This document shows positions 34,672 to 38,631 of a stretch of 38,631 nucleotides of DNA, piece by piece (the first letter of the stretch is position 1; the number at the start of each line of letters is the position of its first letter). A model generated the notes under the pieces. That model searched no databases. It was not told the DNA's origin and worked only from the letters and a program-made list of their open reading frames with translations. This DNA is from a virus (Duplodnaviria; Caudoviricetes). Location: positions 1 to 38,631 of the IMG/VR virus record IMGVR_UViG_3300032244_000153. One strand, 5' to 3'. The translations under genes and the position numbers were made by a program.

Positions 34672-34945
34672 GACGATCTCCTTCGTGGTTCAAGTCCCCC
34701 GCCGGCGCAATTCCGGCTGTTCCGGCGGGGGTGGGGTCAACGCGACCCCGTTGTTCGTATGCGGCGATTCGCTCGCCGATCAGAATTGCAGCAGCCTCCT
34801 CCGCAAGATCGGCAGCCTCGAGCAATACATTGTTCGACTGATACCAACCATGCAGACCAATGAGTGAAGACATGCCACGCAGCGTTTCCGCAAGGTCATC
34901 GAGGCGTTGCTGTCTTTCGATGTGATCTGAAAATAGGCTGCTCAC
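34664..34945 (-). CDS. Hypothetical protein
   Basis: GTG start overlapping the upstream TGA; C-terminal part of ORF 34664..35374. Confidence 0.6.
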   Translation of the reverse strand: MSSLFSDHIERQQRLDDLAETLRGMSSLIGLHGWYQSNNVLLEAADLAEEAAAILIGERIAAYEQRGRVDPTPAGTAGIAPAGDLNHEGDRHG

Positions 34946-35286
34946 TTGCGCCTCGCCTTCGGGCCGAGCGACTCGAGCTGCTCGCGGATCGGCTTGCCGT
35001 CCATCGCCTGGATCACCGCCTGCATCGGGAACTCGCTCGGCATGTTGCTGTTGGTGAGCGGCACGCCGTTCAGGTTCACGGACAGGATCGTCCAATCCGA
35101 CAGGCGGTATCGACGCAGCTTGGTAAGGCTTCCCCAGGTTGAGTGCAGCTCGTACTCCTCCTCGATCCATTGCGCCGACACGGTGAGCGTGATGTCGTTG
35201 GAGGCGACGTAGTCGGCGATGTCGTTGCCGACATCGGAGCTGAAGACGTCGAGCGTCTGCTCGATGTTGATGATGCGGTCGCTCAT
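34942..35286 (-). CDS. Hypothetical protein
   Basis: GGAGG RBS; ATGA overlap. Confidence 0.7.
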   Translation of the reverse strand: MSDRIINIEQTLDVFSSDVGNDIADYVASNDITLTVSAQWIEEEYELHSTWGSLTKLRRYRLSDWTILSVNLNGVPLTNSNMPSEFPMQAVIQAMDGKPIREQLESLGPKARRK

Positions 35287-35591
35287 GCGAGCCTCCAGAC
35301 TCGGAGAAGGTTCGAGTGGCTGGCGACGCGCGCGCTCTTGACGAATCGCCCCGTCCACACCCATTCGCGGCCACGGAACACGCTGCCGGCGGCGTTGCCG
35401 AGTTCGGCCGGGTCGTACCCGTTCACGACGAGTGCGGCCGCGACGTCGTCCATTGACACCTCGCCACGCTCACGGGCGACGAACCGCGCGCGCTCGCGTG
35501 CGACCTCGAGGATCGCCTCGCGGTTGTCGGCGGCGAGCGCCATGCCCTGCTCCTTGCGACGTTCCGATTCTGCTGCGTCGAACAGGTTCAT
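35283..35591 (-). CDS. Hypothetical wHTH-like phage protein (GEVSMDDV...GNAAGSVF...RVWRL)
   Basis: Recognisable phage family pattern; ATGA overlap. Confidence 0.75.
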   Translation of the reverse strand: MNLFDAAESERRKEQGMALAADNREAILEVARERARFVARERGEVSMDDVAAALVVNGYDPAELGNAAGSVFRGREWVWTGRFVKSARVASHSNLLRVWRLA

Positions 35592-35824
35592 CGGCGCACC
35601 GCCTTCGGGTTGAGGATGCCTGGATTCACAACGCGGTACCCGATTCCGGGTTCGTGTTCGATCTGCACGTTGCACCAATCACGGGCGCGGAGAACGATGT
35701 TCGACACCTGCCTCGGCGTGATGTTCCAGCGACGAGCGAGGTCGGCGCGCGTGAGCGGCTTGGCGTGCAGGACGGTGACCATCTCGAAGATGCGGTCGAT
35801 GGTGACGGCGGTGTCGCTCTTCAC
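35588..35824 (-). CDS. Winged-HTH protein (HTH_11-like)
   Basis: RIFEMVTVL..KPLTRADLARRWNITPRQV...GYRV; GGAGGT RBS. Confidence 0.75.
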   Translation of the reverse strand: MKSDTAVTIDRIFEMVTVLHAKPLTRADLARRWNITPRQVSNIVLRARDWCNVQIEHEPGIGYRVVNPGILNPKAVRR

Positions 35825-36066
35825 AGGCGCACCTCCGTTCCGCCGTGCAGCGCGAGGAATGCGTCCTCGGCCTGCGCGAGTTCCTCGACGACGGCGTCGA
35901 ACGCCGGCGTGTTGTCGTAGTCGGCGTGGTTGAACGCCTGATGCGCGCGAACCAGGCGGCTCGCGGACGGCGTGGCGAGCTGCTCGGCGGCGGTGAGCAG
36001 GACGTCGCGGTGTCGGTTGCGGATCACGGGGTTCTCGAGTCCACGGTTGACGGTCATCACCTGCAT
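35821..36066 (-). CDS. Hypothetical protein (first early gene)
   Basis: GAGGAG RBS, directly downstream of the leftward promoter. Confidence 0.75.
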   Translation of the reverse strand: MQVMTVNRGLENPVIRNRHRDVLLTAAEQLATPSASRLVRAHQAFNHADYDNTPAFDAVVEELAQAEDAFLALHGGTEVRL

Positions 36067-36084
36067 GGCTGTCTCCTCTGTTGT

Positions 36085-36152
36085 CCGTCAATGTCGGGCA
36101 ACGTGCCGTTCATTGACAGGGGCAAGTTATGCAGTCGTATATCGGCTGTCAA
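36085..36152 (-). promoter_or_regulatory. Sigma70-type early promoter with a +1 hairpin
   Basis: TTGACA (36152-36147)-N17-TAACTT (36129-36124), followed by hairpin GTCAATG-AAC-GGCA-CGT-TGCC-CGA-CATTGAC. Confidence 0.8.
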
Positions 36153-36227
36153 GTGGCAGAACTTGAGGAATCTAGAAGATTATTTTCTGAATCTCGGAAT
36201 GGCCGCAAGTCGTGGTAGGGTCGGCGC

Positions 36228-37199
36228 GTGGGCAAGACCAGCAAGCCCGTGCGCCGCGCAACGCCGACTGCCGGCACGGTCGCCGCGCCATCGTGGACGG
36301 TCACCCACCACGGAAAGAACATCCACATCGTCGACTGCGTCGGCGACAACTTCCGGTCGTGGGAGCAATACCTGCTGCTCCGAAGCGATGCCCACACGGA
36401 CAACAAGAAGTGCGACCGCGACCTCGAGGAGAAGCACCTGCGCGAGGCCGTCGAGCGCGGCGCGATCATCTGCGATCTTGGAGATTGCCTCGATCTTATG
36501 CAGGGTTCCGCCGATAGGCGGCAATGCAAGTCGCAGCTCCGCAGTTCGCACGCCGCCGCCGCGTACTTCGATGCCGTCATCAACGAGACGGCCGAACGCT
36601 ACGCGCCATACGCGCAGAACTGGGCGTTCCTGGGCGTCGGAAATCACGAATCCGCGTGGCTCAAGCACCACGAAACCTGCCCGACCACGAACCTCGTCCG
36701 CGCCATCAAGTCGATCAACCCCAGGTCGCAGATCGGTGCCGGCGGTTACGGCGGCTGGTTCAAGCTGCGCGTCGGCGTCAACAACTGCAAGCTCACCTGG
36801 ACGATGCGATACCACCACGGTTCGGGCGGCGGCGCGCCGATGTCGATGGGCGTCCTTGACAGCAGGCGAATGATGTCGTGGCTCGAGGGCGTCGACTGCA
36901 TCGCGGTCGGCCACAACCACCACTCAAACATCGTCGGCGTCGCTCGCGAGTATCTCGAGACGCGCAACGGCGTGTACGAGATCCGGAACCGGCATTGCGA
37001 CTTCATCCGCTGCGGCACCTACAAGCAGGATTGGGGCGACGGCTCGGGCGGGTGGATTGTTGAGAAGGGGCCGGGGCCGACGAGCCTGCGCGCGAAGTGG
37101 GTGAGACTCTTCATACGATGGGAGACGGAGAACGACCAGCACGGCGGTCGCTCTCGAGGTCACCCGCGCATCGCGTGGGACATCATGGACGCACACTAG
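36228..37199 (+). CDS. Calcineurin-like metallophosphoesterase
   Basis: SDAH, GDCLD, GNHE, HHG and GHNH motifs in canonical order; TGG-TAGGGT-N6-GTG upstream. Confidence 0.88.
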   Translation: MGKTSKPVRRATPTAGTVAAPSWTVTHHGKNIHIVDCVGDNFRSWEQYLLLRSDAHTDNKKCDRDLEEKHLREAVERGAIICDLGDCLDLMQGSADRRQCKSQLRSSHAAAAYFDAVINETAERYAPYAQNWAFLGVGNHESAWLKHHETCPTTNLVRAIKSINPRSQIGAGGYGGWFKLRVGVNNCKLTWTMRYHHGSGGGAPMSMGVLDSRRMMSWLEGVDCIAVGHNHHSNIVGVAREYLETRNGVYEIRNRHCDFIRCGTYKQDWGDGSGGWIVEKGPGPTSLRAKWVRLFIRWETENDQHGGRSRGHPRIAWDIMDAH

Positions 37200-37218
37200 C
37201 CGTTTCAGAAGGACAGAC

Positions 37219-37485
37219 ATGCCGACGCCAGCAAAGGGCAAGCGATTCGTCAAGGTCGTGCGGAATCCGGAGACGGGACGCACGCGCAAGGTTTCCTACG
37301 GACAGGCCGGCAAGGCGAAGGGCGGAGGCGACCGCATCAAGCCCGGAACCGCGAAGGGCGACGCCTACTGCGCGCGCAGCTTCGCGCAGATGAAGTCGCA
37401 CCCGGCTGCGGCAAGGAACCCCAACAGTCCGCTGCGACTGTCACGCGCGAAGTGGAAGTGCAGCGGCAAGACCTCAAGGAGCTGA
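37219..37485 (+). CDS. Basic phage protein (YCARS...PNSPLRLSRAKWKC; DUF6321-like)
   Basis: AAGGA RBS; recognisable motif. Confidence 0.75.
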   Translation: MPTPAKGKRFVKVVRNPETGRTRKVSYGQAGKAKGGGDRIKPGTAKGDAYCARSFAQMKSHPAAARNPNSPLRLSRAKWKCSGKTSRS

Positions 37486-37487
37486 AC

Positions 37488-37622
37488 ATGGCGAAGAAGA
37501 CAGCGAAGCGCGGCCTGTACGCGAACATCAACGCACGACGCAAGGCCGGCACCAGCAGGTCGAAGTCCAAGTCGACCGTCAGCCCCTCGGCTTATAAGGC
37601 AATGAAGCGCGGCTTCAAGTGA
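37488..37622 (+). CDS. 44-aa basic peptide (KRGLYANINARRK), absent from the ORF track
   Basis: AAGGAG RBS; GLYANI motif seen in small phage proteins. Confidence 0.75.
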   Translation: MAKKTAKRGLYANINARRKAGTSRSKSKSTVSPSAYKAMKRGFK

Positions 37623-37629
37623 GCCGACC

Positions 37630-37899
37630 ATGCGCGTCCGACTCGGCGGCAAGTACTGGACGTTGAGGTTCAGCCCGAACCTGCACGATTTCGGCGACAT
37701 GGTCGATCCGGGCCGTGCCGCCGGTCGCGTGCTGCGCGTTGCTACCTGGCAGAGCGAGGAGGAGCGGTTGGACACGACGCTCCACGAAGCCATACACGCC
37801 TGCCGGCAGGAGCTGGACGAGAAGGCCGTCACCGACTTGGCGAACGACCTGTCGAGACTGCTGTGGCGTCTGGGCTACAGGCGTCAGTCGAGCCAGTAG
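37630..37899 (+). CDS. Small HExxH zincin-like protein
   Basis: LDTTLHEAIHA...DEKAV..LA. Confidence 0.75.
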   Translation: MRVRLGGKYWTLRFSPNLHDFGDMVDPGRAAGRVLRVATWQSEEERLDTTLHEAIHACRQELDEKAVTDLANDLSRLLWRLGYRRQSSQ

Positions 37900-38432
37900 A
37901 CCTCCTCACCACGGCGGTAGTGCCTGAAGTCCTCGGAACCCTTCGAGAACTTCGTGAAGTGCCTGTCGAGGTACTGCACGTGGTTGTTCGGGAGCAGCAT
38001 GAACTGCCCGTCGCCGCGCTCGATGAGGTTCAGCGGCTTGTGTTCCTGCGGGTAGCGGCTGAACCCGTCCGACCAGTCGAACACCAGCCCGGTGTGCCGG
38101 CCGGTGAATCCGTCGTTGCGGTTCACGCCCATGCACAGCAGCCCTTCGAGGTAGGTCAGATGCACGACCTCAAGGTGTTCGCCCATGCCGCCCCAGGGCT
38201 GGAGCGAGTCGATGCCGTTGCCGAACGTCGTCAAGGTGGACATCAGATGCAGCGGCACGCCGCACCAGTTCGCGCCGCTCTCGAGCAGCACGTGCGCGAG
38301 CATCGCCTGTCCCGGCCGGCAGTACGCCGCGTGCCAGATGCCGCGCGTCACGCCCTTCGGCATGTTCGGCCCGAGCGCCAAGTTGCAGACGTTGACGTAC
38401 AGGTGATACGGCAGGGAAGCGTGGCGTGGCAT
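37884..38432 (-). CDS. Hypothetical phage protein
   Basis: Coherent codon usage; HVLLESGANW..VPLH, EHK.LNLI...GQF.LLPNN motifs. Confidence 0.75.
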   Translation of the reverse strand: MPRHASLPYHLYVNVCNLALGPNMPKGVTRGIWHAAYCRPGQAMLAHVLLESGANWCGVPLHLMSTLTTFGNGIDSLQPWGGMGEHLEVVHLTYLEGLLCMGVNRNDGFTGRHTGLVFDWSDGFSRYPQEHKPLNLIERGDGQFMLLPNNHVQYLDRHFTKFSKGSEDFRHYRRGEEVYWLD

Positions 38433-38598
38433 CGTGCGCGTATACTACGCTCGCGAGGACGCGGGTCTGCGGCAGTCGACGCCAACCACCCGCACGGGCG
38501 CGCCCTGAAGGCCGCGAGGTACGCCGGCGCGACGATCACCCGTTGGGGTAGCAACAACCTTTCGCCGGGGACAGGCGGTGCGAAGCGCCGCTGTGTCC

Positions 38599-38630
38599 CA
38601 TGTTGCACCATGTTGCATGCGTGATGCAAC
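38599..38630. promoter_or_regulatory. Operator-like repeats and palindrome
   Basis: CATGTTGCA x2 (38599, 38609); GTTGCAT-N5-ATGCAAC (38612-38630). Confidence 0.45.
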
Positions 38631-38631
38631 C

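Larger units (their letters stand above)
1..38631. mobile_element. Probably complete podovirus-type phage genome (BPP-1-like virion module)
   Basis: Full ordered set of TerS-TerL-portal-scaffold-MCP-cement-tail tubes-ejection proteins-fibre plus replication/recombination genes. No host genes. Both ends are intergenic and would join into one divergent control region. Confidence 0.9.

Noticed and set aside
36113-36143. Rightward TTGACA promoter at 36113
   Set aside because: No TANNNT at 16-18 nt spacing; this TTGACA is explained as one arm of the hairpin

Overview
The window looks like an essentially complete ~38.6 kb, high-GC (about two-thirds by eye) podovirus genome with BPP-1-like morphogenesis genes. 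The plus strand (1-29.5 kb) carries a YdaU/DUF1376-type replication initiator with internal iteron-like repeats, small HTH genes, TerS/TerL, a GNAT acetyltransferase, portal, capsid staple, scaffold, major capsid and cement proteins. These are followed by tail tubular proteins A/B, three ejection proteins (the last ~2,770 aa and 'polyvalent'), a T7-type tail fibre with an S74 chaperone, a LamG-like spike and small membrane/lysis candidates. The minus strand (29.6-36.1 kb) is an early region with Gp157, a RecT-like recombinase, RusA, a CsrA-like protein, HTH proteins and a family of small paralogues. A plus-strand accessory island at 36.2-37.9 kb encodes a metallophosphoesterase, basic peptides and an HExxH protein. 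I found no integrase, CI-like repressor, DNA/RNA polymerase, helicase, endolysin, DGR, tRNA or CRISPR. The most notable observations are: (i) the giant ejection protein has modules delimited by repeated (L/F)EQAA linkers, an apparently emptied ADP-ribosyltransferase slot and a lower-GC GNAT-like cargo cassette; (ii) a late-promoter motif GGGAACCGTAA-N16-TANNNT occurs three times; (iii) both leftward sigma70-type promoters start with the same covarying hairpin; (iv) a switch/pseudoknot-like leader lies upstream of the initiator; (v) the lysis region has a u-spanin-like lipoprotein but no recognisable endolysin. All product calls come from motif recognition by eye, not database searches.
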